Shown: one piece after another, positions 17,426 through 26,563 of the stretch
Numbering within the stretch: the stretch's first letter is position 1
Layout: every line of letters begins with the position of its first letter
DNA from: Candidatus Moranbacteria bacterium CG23_combo_of_CG06-09_8_20_14_all_35_22
Lineage (GTDB): Bacteria; Patescibacteriota; Minisyncoccia; Moranbacterales; UBA2206
Direction: 5' to 3'
Assembly (NCBI GenBank): GCA_002772115.1
Contig: PCRW01000076.1
Location: forward strand, 1,802-34,532
Length of the DNA: 32,731 nucleotides
Program-made: the position numbers and the translations under genes
Notes under the pieces: model-generated
Database searches by the model: none
What the model saw: the letters and a program-made list of their open reading frames with translations, nothing else
What the model was told of the DNA's origin: nothing

Positions 17426-17887
17426 TTTACGAACTACGAAATAAGCGAAATACGAAAATTAATCTAAATTTACTACTCTTTTGTATCTCACACCTTCGCT
17501 AGTAAAAGTAATTATTATACCTAATCTTAGATTTGTAGCTTTGAGATATTTATACAATTGATTAATATCCTTACTAGAAATAAAATTTCTTTGTTTTATT
17601 TCTAAAATAATTTTATTAAATATTAGAAAATCAAAAATATAAATTCCTAAATCTTCTTCTTTATATTTAACTTTATACCTTAATTGTTCTTTAAATTCAA
17701 AACCGTTATCCGTGAACTCTTTAGCTAGAGCTTTTTGAAAAAAATTTTCTTTATGCCCAAATCCTAATTTTTTAAATACTCTAAAAACCGCTCCCATTAT
17801 CCGATAACATTCCTCGGCATATATTAAGTTCTTTTTTGTTTTCATTTTTTATTTTTCGTAATTTCGTATTTTTTCGTAGTTCGTAAA
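17426..17887. mobile_element. Putative element: GxxExxY gene between TTCGTA-rich inverted arms
   Basis: Perfect 16-bp terminal inverted repeats TTTACGAACTACGAAA tightly bracket the ORF. Confidence 0.65.
17459..17845 (-). CDS. GxxExxY family protein (PD-(D/E)XK-like)
   Basis: YRIMGAVFRV...LGFGHKENFFQKAL, DF...IILEIK, Q...YLK...G. Confidence 0.9.
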   Translation of the reverse strand: MKTKKNLIYAEECYRIMGAVFRVFKKLGFGHKENFFQKALAKEFTDNGFEFKEQLRYKVKYKEEDLGIYIFDFLIFNKIILEIKQRNFISSKDINQLYKYLKATNLRLGIIITFTSEGVRYKRVVNLD

Positions 17888-17896
17888 TTTTAAATT

Positions 17897-18559
17897 TTAT
17901 TCGATGTCCATAATCACAACTGCCATTTCTTTTTCTTCTAAATCTTTCTTTTTTATATTAATTTTAGAAACTTTTTCTTTGGGGCAACTGCCAATTTCAC
18001 TGCAAAATTTCTTTTCGTCATCAACCTCAACTGTTGAACCTTTTATCTTATAATGCATTGGAATAATCATTTTTGGTTCAATTTTTTTGATTATATCCAC
18101 TGCCTTTTCTCCATCAATCGTATAATTTCTTCCGCCAATCGGTACCATTAAAATATCAATGCCATTTATTTTTTCCAACTGTTTTTCTGATAGATCGGTT
18201 CCCAGATCGCCCAAATGGCAAACTCGCAAATCTTCCGATTCTAAAACAAAAATAGTATTTGTTCCGCGTTCCGTGCCTTCTTTATTATCATGAAAAGAAG
18301 TAATTCCAATGACATTGACGCCCTTGGCGCTATATTCACCAGGAATGTCAATCACATACGGTTCACCTTTGAGCGCAGAAACATTATTATGATCAGAATG
18401 ATTGTGACTCACTAAAACTAAATCCGCTTGCCCTTGCGGAGGACGCAAACCGACTGACTTGTCAAACGGATCAAAAAAAACCACCACATCTTCCCGCCCG
18501 CGTCCCGCCGGCTTAGTAGTGATCTTAAAGCAAGAATGACCGTAATATTGAATAAGCAT
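17897..18559 (-). CDS. MBL-fold metallo-hydrolase
   Basis: GHSCF, DPF, SHNHSDH, HLGDLG and IIPMHY. Confidence 0.92.
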   Translation of the reverse strand: MLIQYYGHSCFKITTKPAGRGREDVVVFFDPFDKSVGLRPPQGQADLVLVSHNHSDHNNVSALKGEPYVIDIPGEYSAKGVNVIGITSFHDNKEGTERGTNTIFVLESEDLRVCHLGDLGTDLSEKQLEKINGIDILMVPIGGRNYTIDGEKAVDIIKKIEPKMIIPMHYKIKGSTVEVDDEKKFCSEIGSCPKEKVSKINIKKKDLEEKEMAVVIMDIE

Positions 18560-18571
18560 ATAATTGATGAG

Positions 18572-18667
18572 AGTTCATAAAGTTCGTAAAGTTTATAAAG
18601 TTTTTAAAACTACATAAGCTTTTTTCTAAACTTTAAAACCTTAAGAACTTTATAAACTTTTTTAACT
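18572..18667. repeat. Inverted pair of 9-mer repeat arms (AAAGTTTAT)
   Basis: AGTTCATAAAGTTCGTAAAGTTTATAAAG faces ...AACTTTATAAACTTT. Confidence 0.65.
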
Positions 18668-18707
18668 ATTATAGTCTAGCACTAAAAAAATCTCTTGTCT
18701 ATATCTC

Positions 18708-18736
18708 TTGACAAAAAGCTATGTTTCGAATATAAT
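18708..18736 (+). promoter_or_regulatory. Consensus sigma70 promoter
   Basis: TTGACA-17-TATAAT upstream of 18798. Confidence 0.85.
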
Positions 18737-18797
18737 AGAAATGAAGCTATAAAAAGGCGTTATAAATAGAAAGTAAAATTAACCTTAAATTTGCAAT

Positions 18798-19388
18798 ATG
18801 ACCAAAAAAGAGCTTATTTGGCGGGAAATTTTGTTCCAAGGTCAAGAAAATAAAATATTTGAGTTCACTCAAAAGGAACTGGCAGAAAAATTCGGCTTTT
18901 CTTTAAGCACAATCTTTAACGCGCTCAAAATTCCGCGCGCTACGGGCGCAATTTCCGTATCTGGGCGAAACTTTACCGTACGAAGTTTGGAAAAATTTCT
19001 TTATATTTGGGCAACGCAAAGAAACTTGAAAAAAGAAATTATTTATGAAACTCACACCAATATGTCCGCCAAAGAAATGGAGGGGCTAGCTCCTGACGGA
19101 ATAATTTTCGGCACTTACAGCGCCTATTCTCAAAAATATCTGTCCGCACCGGCCGAATATGACAAAGTTTATTTTTACGCCGAACCAGAAAAACTGGCGG
19201 AAATTGAAAAAAGATTTCCTAAACTCAAAGGCTATGCTAATTTTTTTGTTTTGAAAGCCGACCCATATCTTTCAAACTTCGCTCCATTCACGCCTGATGT
19301 CCAAACTTTTTGCGATCTTTGGAATCTTCCTGATTGGCAAGCTAAAGAATTTTTGGAAAAATTGAAAAATAAAATAATTTTAACTTAA
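18798..19388 (+). CDS. HTH protein, putative AbiEi-like antitoxin
   Basis: FTQKELAEKFGFSLSTI HTH; C-terminal QTFCDLWN; paired with a nucleotidyltransferase. Confidence 0.65.
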   Translation: MTKKELIWREILFQGQENKIFEFTQKELAEKFGFSLSTIFNALKIPRATGAISVSGRNFTVRSLEKFLYIWATQRNLKKEIIYETHTNMSAKEMEGLAPDGIIFGTYSAYSQKYLSAPAEYDKVYFYAEPEKLAEIEKRFPKLKGYANFFVLKADPYLSNFAPFTPDVQTFCDLWNLPDWQAKEFLEKLKNKIILT

Positions 19389-19392
19389 TTTT

Positions 19393-20016
19393 ATGCAATA
19401 TTATCATAACATTATCACGCAAAAAAGTTTTGATTTCCTCAAAGAATTCAACGCTGATTTTGATTTCGTTTTGATTGGAGGTTGGGCGGTTTTTTTGTAT
19501 TCTCGAGCGCTTAAATCGAAAGATATTGATATAATCGTAGATTATGAAAATCTGGCGAAGCTCAAAGAAAAATTTGCAGTATTTAAAAACGACCGACTGA
19601 AAAAATATGAAATTCAAACTGGCGAATTTGATGTAGATATTTATGTTTCGCATTATTCCTATCTAGGAGTGGAAGTTTCAGAAATTGAAAAGCGTGTTTT
19701 TTCCAAAAAAGGTTTTCAAATACCGGAATTGGAAGCGCTTTTTATCTTGAAATTATTCGCTTGGCATAATCGACGCGGATCAGCCAAGGGACAAAAAGAT
19801 GAATTGGATATTTTCAGTTTGACCTTCTTACCGGAATTTGACTGGAAAAAATATTGGGAATTGATAAAATTATTTAATTTTTCCGATTATCATAAAAATT
19901 TCACAACTCTTCTCAAAAAAACCCGCCAAATCCCCGAGTTGAATATCAACAAACAGCAAATGGCAAAAATAAGAAAAACTATTTTGGAAAAATTAGAATC
20001 GTCAAAATTTGACTAA
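19393..20016 (+). CDS. Nucleotidyltransferase, putative AbiEii-like toxin
   Basis: FVLIGGWAV....SKDID, LK..A...R and KD..D motifs. Confidence 0.75.
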   Translation: MQYYHNIITQKSFDFLKEFNADFDFVLIGGWAVFLYSRALKSKDIDIIVDYENLAKLKEKFAVFKNDRLKKYEIQTGEFDVDIYVSHYSYLGVEVSEIEKRVFSKKGFQIPELEALFILKLFAWHNRRGSAKGQKDELDIFSLTFLPEFDWKKYWELIKLFNFSDYHKNFTTLLKKTRQIPELNINKQQMAKIRKTILEKLESSKFD

Positions 20017-20443
20017 TAAGCTAATTACCGCTAATTTAAGGTTAGATAATTTCCAAGGAGGAAATCAGTGATTTGGGGATTTTTTGAGTGGTTCGTTAAA
20101 AACTAGAACTTCATACTAAAGGAAGTGCGTTATGAAGTATTGGTGTAAAAAACATAAGCGATCAATCACATTATTGGAAGTCAGGGGCGCTTGCCTAAAT
20201 TTTATCGTCTTTTAGGACCGCTTTTCATAATTGCAAGACCTTGTGTTTCCAACATCATCCTGTGTGCTTTTGGCACGAATCGGTAAATGACAACCTGTGT
20301 CTATATATCGTACTGTTTTTAGGCAGTAGCCACTACAGTTAGATTAAAATTGAAAGGAGCAAAATTATTTAAAATCTATTCTGTTAATTTGGCTTATTTA
20401 GAGGGATTGACTTTTTTTATCGGTAAAATGAAAGGAAAATTGC

Positions 20444-21189
20444 ATGAAAAAAATCCTCGATTGTACAACATTGCTCGAACTCATTGAACTCACCTATCAT
20501 CGTTTACGAACTTATGGGACCGCTTCCGAAGAAGAATTGCTTCATATTTTTTCTCTTTGCGATGCTTACTGGTATCATGACGGCGATCCGAAAAAACCGC
20601 ATGCGGAACTTACAGGCGGATGGTGTAGCAATGGATTTTTGACTGTCTGCGCGTATTAAAATACCTAACACTCTCTGATTTTCTCGCATTTCAACACGCA
20701 TTGAAAATCGGAGAAATTCTTGAAGATAATGGTATCGAATGCTATGATTGGATAATTGGTTCTCCAACGGCCGGCATTACATACGCCCATGATCTCGCCA
20801 GAGAACTTGGCGCACCGATAAATATGTGTGTCGAAAAAGATCCTAAGAATCCAATGGGCAAAAATATGATATGGAATCGCATGCAAATACCCGCAAATGA
20901 TTCCGTATTGCAAATTGAAGAATTGACTACCACAGCCAAAACATTAACTGCTGTGCAAAAAGCTATTATCGATGGCAACGGCGGTCCTGTTAATTTTTTG
21001 CCCTATATCGGCATTCTTGTTCATCGACCACCCAAACTTCCTGTAACGCATTACGGCGATCGACAAGTCATTGCTTTGATTGAAAAGGAAATCTGGGCCG
21101 TTCCACAGGAAGAGTGTCCACTTTGCGCCCAAGGCTCTTCAAGGTATCGCCCAAAGCAAAATTGGGAAAAACTTACCGGCATGAAATAA
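20444..21189 (+). pseudogene. Frameshifted orotate-PRTase-like phosphoribosyltransferase
   Basis: HAELTGGWCSNGF in ORF 20444 joins the frame of ORF 20701 (VLQIEELTTT, CPLC) if one T is added to the run at 20636-20640. Confidence 0.75.
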
Positions 21190-21208
21190 TTTAACAATAA
21201 TTATACTC

Positions 21209-21252
21209 AACCAGCGCCCTCACGAAAGGAGGAATGAGGCGCTGGTTTTTTT
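21209..21252 (+). terminator. Intrinsic terminator
   Basis: AACCAGCGCC...GGCGCTGGTT plus a T run. Confidence 0.75.
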
Positions 21253-21366
21253 ATCCCCCACCACTTTTTATTTAAAAAATAATTTTTGTGAAAAAACAGC
21301 TCCAAAATAATTGATTACTTAGTTTGATTTTTAAAATAGCAGAAATAAAAAGTGGCGGGGGATAAA
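21250..21366. mobile_element. MITE-like element with 24-bp inverted repeats
   Basis: TTTATCCCCCACCACTTTTTATTT and its inverse with one mismatch; the same family encloses tRNA-Val at 27769-27885. Confidence 0.75.
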
Positions 21367-21377
21367 TTCCCTAAAAT

Positions 21378-21406
21378 TTGACACAATCCCGATTCTAAAC
21401 TACAAT
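21378..21406 (+). promoter_or_regulatory. rpsA promoter
   Basis: TTGACA-17-TACAAT. Confidence 0.7.
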
Positions 21407-21524
21407 AACTTTACGGTTAATTATTAAGAAAAATGAATAAGGGATGATTTAATCCCTGTTTATACCCAGCTTCGGCTGTGGATAAAGTCTTAATAATTTC
21501 CTTTAATTGAGGGAATTTTTATTT

Positions 21525-21658
21525 TTTACGAACTACTAAATAAATACGAAGGTACGAAGGTACGAAAAGGGAGCCTAATTGTTTCGTATTTCGTTCATTT
21601 CGCCAGCCTCGACTCGCAAAGATAATTACTCGTCGACGCGAGGCGGGTAGTTCGTAAA
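21525..21658. mobile_element. Gene-less TTCGTA inverted-arm element with a nested family A palindrome (21603-21647)
   Basis: Left end TTTACGAACTACTAAA; the right end reads TTTCG|TAGTTCGTAAA once the 45-bp insert is removed. Confidence 0.75.
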
Positions 21659-21721
21659 ACTAAAGCATTTTAATAATAATTAACGCGATTTTAATGCTTA
21701 TTCGCAAAAATTTATACTATT

Positions 21722-22975
21722 ATGTCAGATATACTCGACAATCTTGCCAAAGAAGTTGATAAAATTTCGCAAGAAGAAGTAAATTTAAACAAAAAAAACT
21801 CTAACAAAGAAACTCTACCAGCTGATTTGCCGGAAGATGATTCTTTAATGAGCCAGTTAATGGCGAAAAGTTCTCTAAAATTTCCAGAAGTAGGCGACAC
21901 AACCTCTGGAAAAGTTATTTTTGTTTCTTCTAATGAAATATATCTTGATCTTAACCCTTTTGGAACAGGCGTGGTGCTGGGAAAAGAAATAAAAGACGGA
22001 CTGGGAACAGGAAAGCTTAAAATTGGAGATACGGTAAATGCTACTATCATTGATACAGAAAATGAAGATGGCTACATCGAACTTTCTATTCGGGAAGCTT
22101 CTTGCGAAAAAGCGTGGGATGATTTGGAAAGCAAACGCGACACCCAAGAAAAAGTTTTCGTTAAGGTTCTTAGCGCCAACAAAGGTGGTCTTTTAGCTGA
22201 AGTCAATGGAATTTCTGGTTTTTTGCCAGTTTCACAATTATCCAGCAAAAATTATCCCCGAGTGGAAGATGGTGATAAAAATAAAATTCTCAATTTACTC
22301 AAAAAATTAATTGGTCAAGAATTGGAAGTACGCATAATTGATGCCAACCGAGAATCAGAAAAACTTATCGTGAGCGAAAAAGCCGCTCAAAGTGAACGCG
22401 ATATGGAAGTTATTTCCGCTTTAAATGTCGGCGACACAGTAAGTGGAGAAATTAGTGGGGTAGTTGATTTCGGTGCTTTTCTTAAATTTTCTCTCAAAGA
22501 AAATGAGGGGGAAAGAAAACTAGAGGGTTTGGTACATATTTCAGAATTAGCTTGGCAATTAATTGAAGATCCTCGAACAATTGTAAAAGTTGGCGACAAA
22601 GTCAAAGCAAAAATAATTGCTATCGATGGAGACAAGATTTCCCTTTCTATCCGTGCCCTGCAAGAAGATCCTTGGTCTGAAATTTCCACTAAATATAAAA
22701 AAGGCGATCTAGTTATGGGAACAGTCAACAAAATAAATCACTTTGGAGCTTTTGTATATCTAGACAAAGACATCCATGGCTTGGCACATATCAGCGAAAT
22801 GTCGGAAATGTATCCCGGCAAAAGCCTAAATGAACTAATTAAGGTTAGCGAAAAATATAACTGGGAAATTCTTTCTATTGAACCCAAAGAACACAGGATG
22901 GGACTTGTGCTAGCTAAAAAGAAAAAGGAAAAACCAGCCTCCGCTAAAGCTACGGTTGGCAAGGAAGAAAAATAA
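21722..22975 (+). CDS. rpsA: 30S ribosomal protein S1 (four S1 domains)
   Basis: NKGGL, GFLPVSQL, DFGAF...GLVHISEL, FGAFV...GLAHISEM. Confidence 0.92.
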   Translation: MSDILDNLAKEVDKISQEEVNLNKKNSNKETLPADLPEDDSLMSQLMAKSSLKFPEVGDTTSGKVIFVSSNEIYLDLNPFGTGVVLGKEIKDGLGTGKLKIGDTVNATIIDTENEDGYIELSIREASCEKAWDDLESKRDTQEKVFVKVLSANKGGLLAEVNGISGFLPVSQLSSKNYPRVEDGDKNKILNLLKKLIGQELEVRIIDANRESEKLIVSEKAAQSERDMEVISALNVGDTVSGEISGVVDFGAFLKFSLKENEGERKLEGLVHISELAWQLIEDPRTIVKVGDKVKAKIIAIDGDKISLSIRALQEDPWSEISTKYKKGDLVMGTVNKINHFGAFVYLDKDIHGLAHISEMSEMYPGKSLNELIKVSEKYNWEILSIEPKEHRMGLVLAKKKKEKPASAKATVGKEEK

Positions 22976-22985
22976 AAACATTTTT

Positions 22986-23537
22986 ATGTCTAACATTTTT
23001 ATTATTTCCGGACCATCAGGCGCCGGACAAGATTCAGTAATTAGGGGACTCAAAAAAGAATTTGATTTAGATAAAATAATTACTACAACTACTAGAGAGA
23101 TGCGCCCAGAAGATGCAGAGGGCATTTCTTATTATTTTATTTCTAAAGAAGAATTTGAAAAAAAGATAAAGGAAGATAAATTTTTCGAATACGCGCTAGA
23201 AGATAATGGAAATTATTACGGTGGAACTTATGCCGAATTGGAAAGAGTAAAAAAAAATCAAAAACCTGTTATCTGGAAAATTGATTACAAAGGAGTGCTA
23301 AATGCAAAAAAAATATTACCTGAAGCTAAATCAATTTTTATCCATATTCCTTTTGAGCTTATCCGAAATCGGCTTGAAAAGCGAGGCGAATCAGAAGAAA
23401 TAATCCAAGCGCGCCTTGATTATTCACATGGCTGGTATGAAAATGAAAATATCTTTGATTATAAAATTACTAATGAAGAAGGAAAACTTGAAAAAACTGT
23501 CCAGAAAGTGGCTGAAATTATAAAGGAAAATTTATAA
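22986..23537 (+). CDS. gmk: Guanylate kinase
   Basis: ISGPSGAG, TTTTREMRP, YYFIS and NYYG; the P-loop Lys is replaced by Gln. Confidence 0.9.
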   Translation: MSNIFIISGPSGAGQDSVIRGLKKEFDLDKIITTTTREMRPEDAEGISYYFISKEEFEKKIKEDKFFEYALEDNGNYYGGTYAELERVKKNQKPVIWKIDYKGVLNAKKILPEAKSIFIHIPFELIRNRLEKRGESEEIIQARLDYSHGWYENENIFDYKITNEEGKLEKTVQKVAEIIKENL

Positions 23538-23541
23538 AATA

Positions 23542-23591
23542 ATTTCAGACCCTAAGCGTCTGAAATTCACTTGACGCTTAGGGTCTGAAAT
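23542..23591. repeat. 19-bp perfect inverted repeat between gmk and tilS
   Basis: ATTTCAGACCCTAAGCGTC...GACGCTTAGGGTCTGAAAT. Confidence 0.9.
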
Positions 23592-23594
23592 CTT

Positions 23595-24560
23595 ATGCCT
23601 AACTTAATCAAAAAAGTTCAGAATACAATCTCTCAAAATAATCTTTTTGACCACGAAGCGAAAATAATTTTGGCGGTTTCGGGCGGGCCGGATAGTGTGT
23701 GTATGCTTGATATTTTTTCGCGTCTGCAAAAAAAATACTCACTGGAACTTATTATTGCGCATATAAATTATAATCTTCGCGGGAAGGACAGTATCGCTGA
23801 TGAAAAATTCGTGCAAGATTTAGCACAAATATATAACTTGGAAATTTTTGCTTTGGATTTGGTAGAGACGCAAAATTTTGCGTCTCTACATGCAAAGAAA
23901 AAAAATTCTGAAAATTATCTGCGCGAAATTCGTTATGATTTTTTTGAAAAGCTTCGCGTGGAAAATAACTTTGACTATATCGCTGTGGCGCACAACCTTG
24001 ATGACCAAGTAGAAACATTTTTGATGCGCATTATTCGTGGCAGTGGAATGTCAGGACTTTCTGCGATGAAATTCAAAAATGAAAAAATAATTCGACCATT
24101 GCTTTCCACTAGTCGAAAAGAAATTTTGGAATATCTTCACAAGGTCAATAGGACATATAGGACGGATAGGACGAATGCACAGAATTTATTTTTGCGAAAT
24201 AAGATCCGAAACAAACTCGTTCCAATTTTAGAAAAAGATTTCAATCCTAAGATCAAAGAAACTATTTTTGATTCTCTGATTTCAATCTCCGAGGATTCCG
24301 AGTATCTCGAAAAAACTGCTTTGAAAAATTCAAAAAGTTTAGAAATCAAAAAACTAGAGGAACTACATCCCGCAATTCTCCGCAGAGTTTTACGCAATAA
24401 TTTAAAAAAAACTAAGGGGGATTTAAAAAATATCAGCGCAAACAATATTGAAGAAATCATAAAAATCATAAAAAGCAAGAAAAGCAAAACCCCAACTGTA
24501 ATAATGTTAGGGTTGAAAATTATTCGAAAGAATGATAAAATCGTAATTAGTAAATTGTAA
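23595..24560 (+). CDS. tilS: tRNA(Ile)-lysidine synthetase
   Basis: AVSGGPDS, AHNLDDQVETF, IIRPLL and RNKIR; directly upstream of ftsH. Confidence 0.96.
   Translation: MPNLIKKVQNTISQNNLFDHEAKIILAVSGGPDSVCMLDIFSRLQKKYSLELIIAHINYNLRGKDSIADEKFVQDLAQIYNLEIFALDLVETQNFASLHAKKKNSENYLREIRYDFFEKLRVENNFDYIAVAHNLDDQVETFLMRIIRGSGMSGLSAMKFKNEKIIRPLLSTSRKEILEYLHKVNRTYRTDRTNAQNLFLRNKIRNKLVPILEKDFNPKIKETIFDSLISISEDSEYLEKTALKNSKSLEIKKLEELHPAILRRVLRNNLKKTKGDLKNISANNIEEIIKIIKSKKSKTPTVIMLGLKIIRKNDKIVISKL
23862..23889. repeat. GTAG-type REP-like palindrome within tilS
   Basis: GTAGAGACGCAAAATTTTGCGTCTCTAC is a perfect palindrome encoding VETQNFASL. Confidence 0.85.
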
Positions 24561-24584
24561 ATCGTAATTTGGAATAATTCGAAC

Positions 24585-24624
24585 TTTCGTATTTTCGTAA
24601 TTTCGTTTTATTCGTAGTTCGTAA
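24585..24624. repeat. Solo TTCGTA arm directly before the ftsH start
   Basis: ...TTCGTAGTTCGTAA ends 2 nt before the ATG. Confidence 0.8.
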
Positions 24625-24626
24625 TT

Positions 24627-26501
24627 ATGCAGAAGCTATTCAAAAACATCAGTATTGTCATTTTAATTTTTCTTTTTATTTCCGGAATTTTCGTTCTTTA
24701 CGGCAGTCCAAGTGTCAAACCTGATGTTATTTCTCTTTCCACGCTAGCTCAACAAGTAAACGAAGGAAAAGTCAAAGAGATAAAAGTTGACGCAAACAAT
24801 CTTGCTATCACGCTCAATGATAGTAAAACGGAAAAATCTACCAAAGAAACCAGCGCGGGAATCGTAGAAACTCTCAAAAATTATGGGGTTGATAGTGCAA
24901 AAATTCAAAATGTGAGCATTGATATTCAAGGCGAGTCCGGTGTAAGTTTTTGGTTAGGAACAATTTTACCCTTTCTTTTGCCCTTTCTTTTGGTTGGCGC
25001 TTTCATTTGGTTTATGTTCCGCCAAGCCCAAAGAGGCAATAATCAAGCTTTGTCCTTCGGCTCTTCGCGTGCCAGAATGACTGATCCAAAAAACAAAAAC
25101 CAAAGAACTACCTTCAAAGATGTGGCTGGATCTAAAGAAGCTAAGGAAGAATTATGTGAAATTGTAGAATTTCTAAAAAATCCAAAAAAATTCCTCAATC
25201 TTGGCGCTAAAATTCCCAAAGGCGTTCTTTTACTTGGTTCTCCCGGAACTGGAAAAACTTTGATTGCCAAAGCAGTAGCCGGTGAAGCCAATGTGCCATT
25301 TTTCAATATTAGTGGTTCGGAATTTGTAGAAATGTTTGTAGGGGTTGGAGCTTCTCGCGTTCGTGATCTTTTCAAACAAGCCAAAAAGAATGCGCCCGCC
25401 ATAATTTTTATTGATGAAATCGACGCAGTCGGAAGACATCGTGGCGCTGGACTGGGTGGAGGACATGATGAAAGAGAACAAACCTTAAATCAAATTTTGG
25501 TAGAAATGGATGGTTTTGACACCAATACTAATGTGATTATTATCGCTGCTACCAACCGACCAGATGTACTTGATCCAGCCCTTCTTCGTCCTGGACGATT
25601 TGATCGTCGAGTGACCATGGATTTGCCAGACATTGCTGAACGAGAAGAAATTTTACATCTGCATTCTAAAAATAAACCCTTAGCTAAAGAAACCGATTTG
25701 AAAAAAATTGCCCAACGAACTCCTGGTTTTTCCGGCGCCGATTTATCTAATCTTCTCAATGAAAGTGCTATTTTGACCGTTCGAAGAAATAAGAAAATAA
25801 TTTCTATGGACGAACTTACTGAATCGATTGAAAAAGTTATTTTAGGGCCGGAACGAAGAAGTCGAAGAATCGACGAGGAGGAAAAGAAAATTATCGCTTA
25901 CCATGAAGCAGGACATGCACTTTTAGCCGCCACTCTCAAAAATGCTGATCCGGTGCAAAAAATTTCCATCATTTCTCGTGGGTCAGCCGGCGGATACACT
26001 TTCAGCACCCCAGAAAAAGATAAAACTTTACATTCGAAAAATTATTTCCTTGATGAACTTTCCGTTTTGCTTGGAGGATATGTAAGTGAAAAATTGACTT
26101 TTGGCGATGTGACCACAGGAGCTTCTAATGATTTAGAAAGAGCCACGAATATGTCGCGAAGTTTGGTCACTCGCTATGGAATGAGCGAACTTGGACCGCG
26201 TACTTTTGGACACAAAAAAGAATTGGTATTTTTGGGCAAAGAAATGCATGAAGAAAAAAATTATTCCGAAAAAACTGCCCAGGATATTGATCGGCAAGTT
26301 TCTCTTTTCATTGAAAATGCTTATCAGGTTGCTAAAAATATTTTGCAAGATAAAAAAGAATTGCTGGAAAAACTTTCTGCCACTCTTTTAGAAAAAGAAA
26401 CAATTGAACAGGAAGAATTTAATGAAATTATGGGAATAGCTCCAAAAGCAAAAAAGGAAGAGGCAGTTGCTGAAGGTAAAAAAATAATTTCTAATGTTTA
26501 A
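24627..26501 (+). CDS. ftsH: ATP-dependent zinc metalloprotease FtsH
   Basis: Two TM helices, [24 protein letters not shown] and HEAGH. Confidence 0.98.
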   Translation: MQKLFKNISIVILIFLFISGIFVLYGSPSVKPDVISLSTLAQQVNEGKVKEIKVDANNLAITLNDSKTEKSTKETSAGIVETLKNYGVDSAKIQNVSIDIQGESGVSFWLGTILPFLLPFLLVGAFIWFMFRQAQRGNNQALSFGSSRARMTDPKNKNQRTTFKDVAGSKEAKEELCEIVEFLKNPKKFLNLGAKIPKGVLLLGSPGTGKTLIAKAVAGEANVPFFNISGSEFVEMFVGVGASRVRDLFKQAKKNAPAIIFIDEIDAVGRHRGAGLGGGHDEREQTLNQILVEMDGFDTNTNVIIIAATNRPDVLDPALLRPGRFDRRVTMDLPDIAEREEILHLHSKNKPLAKETDLKKIAQRTPGFSGADLSNLLNESAILTVRRNKKIISMDELTESIEKVILGPERRSRRIDEEEKKIIAYHEAGHALLAATLKNADPVQKISIISRGSAGGYTFSTPEKDKTLHSKNYFLDELSVLLGGYVSEKLTFGDVTTGASNDLERATNMSRSLVTRYGMSELGPRTFGHKKELVFLGKEMHEEKNYSEKTAQDIDRQVSLFIENAYQVAKNILQDKKELLEKLSATLLEKETIEQEEFNEIMGIAPKAKKEEAVAEGKKIISNV

Positions 26502-26563
26502 AAATTAAACATTTATATTTATTTATAAAATTAAAAATTCAAAAATTACAAAATTAAACTCAT

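Noticed and set aside
20060-20300. Small ORFs after an SD-like AGGAGG
   Set aside because: They are very short with no motif support and may be decayed sequence.
20630-20645. Programmed frameshift
   Set aside because: No in-frame X XXY YYZ heptamer, and a five-T run is short for transcriptional slippage.
10137-21485. oriC inferred from DnaA boxes at 10137, ~13835 and 21477
   Set aside because: The boxes are isolated and two lie inside CDSs; there is no dense intergenic cluster or dnaA gene in the window.
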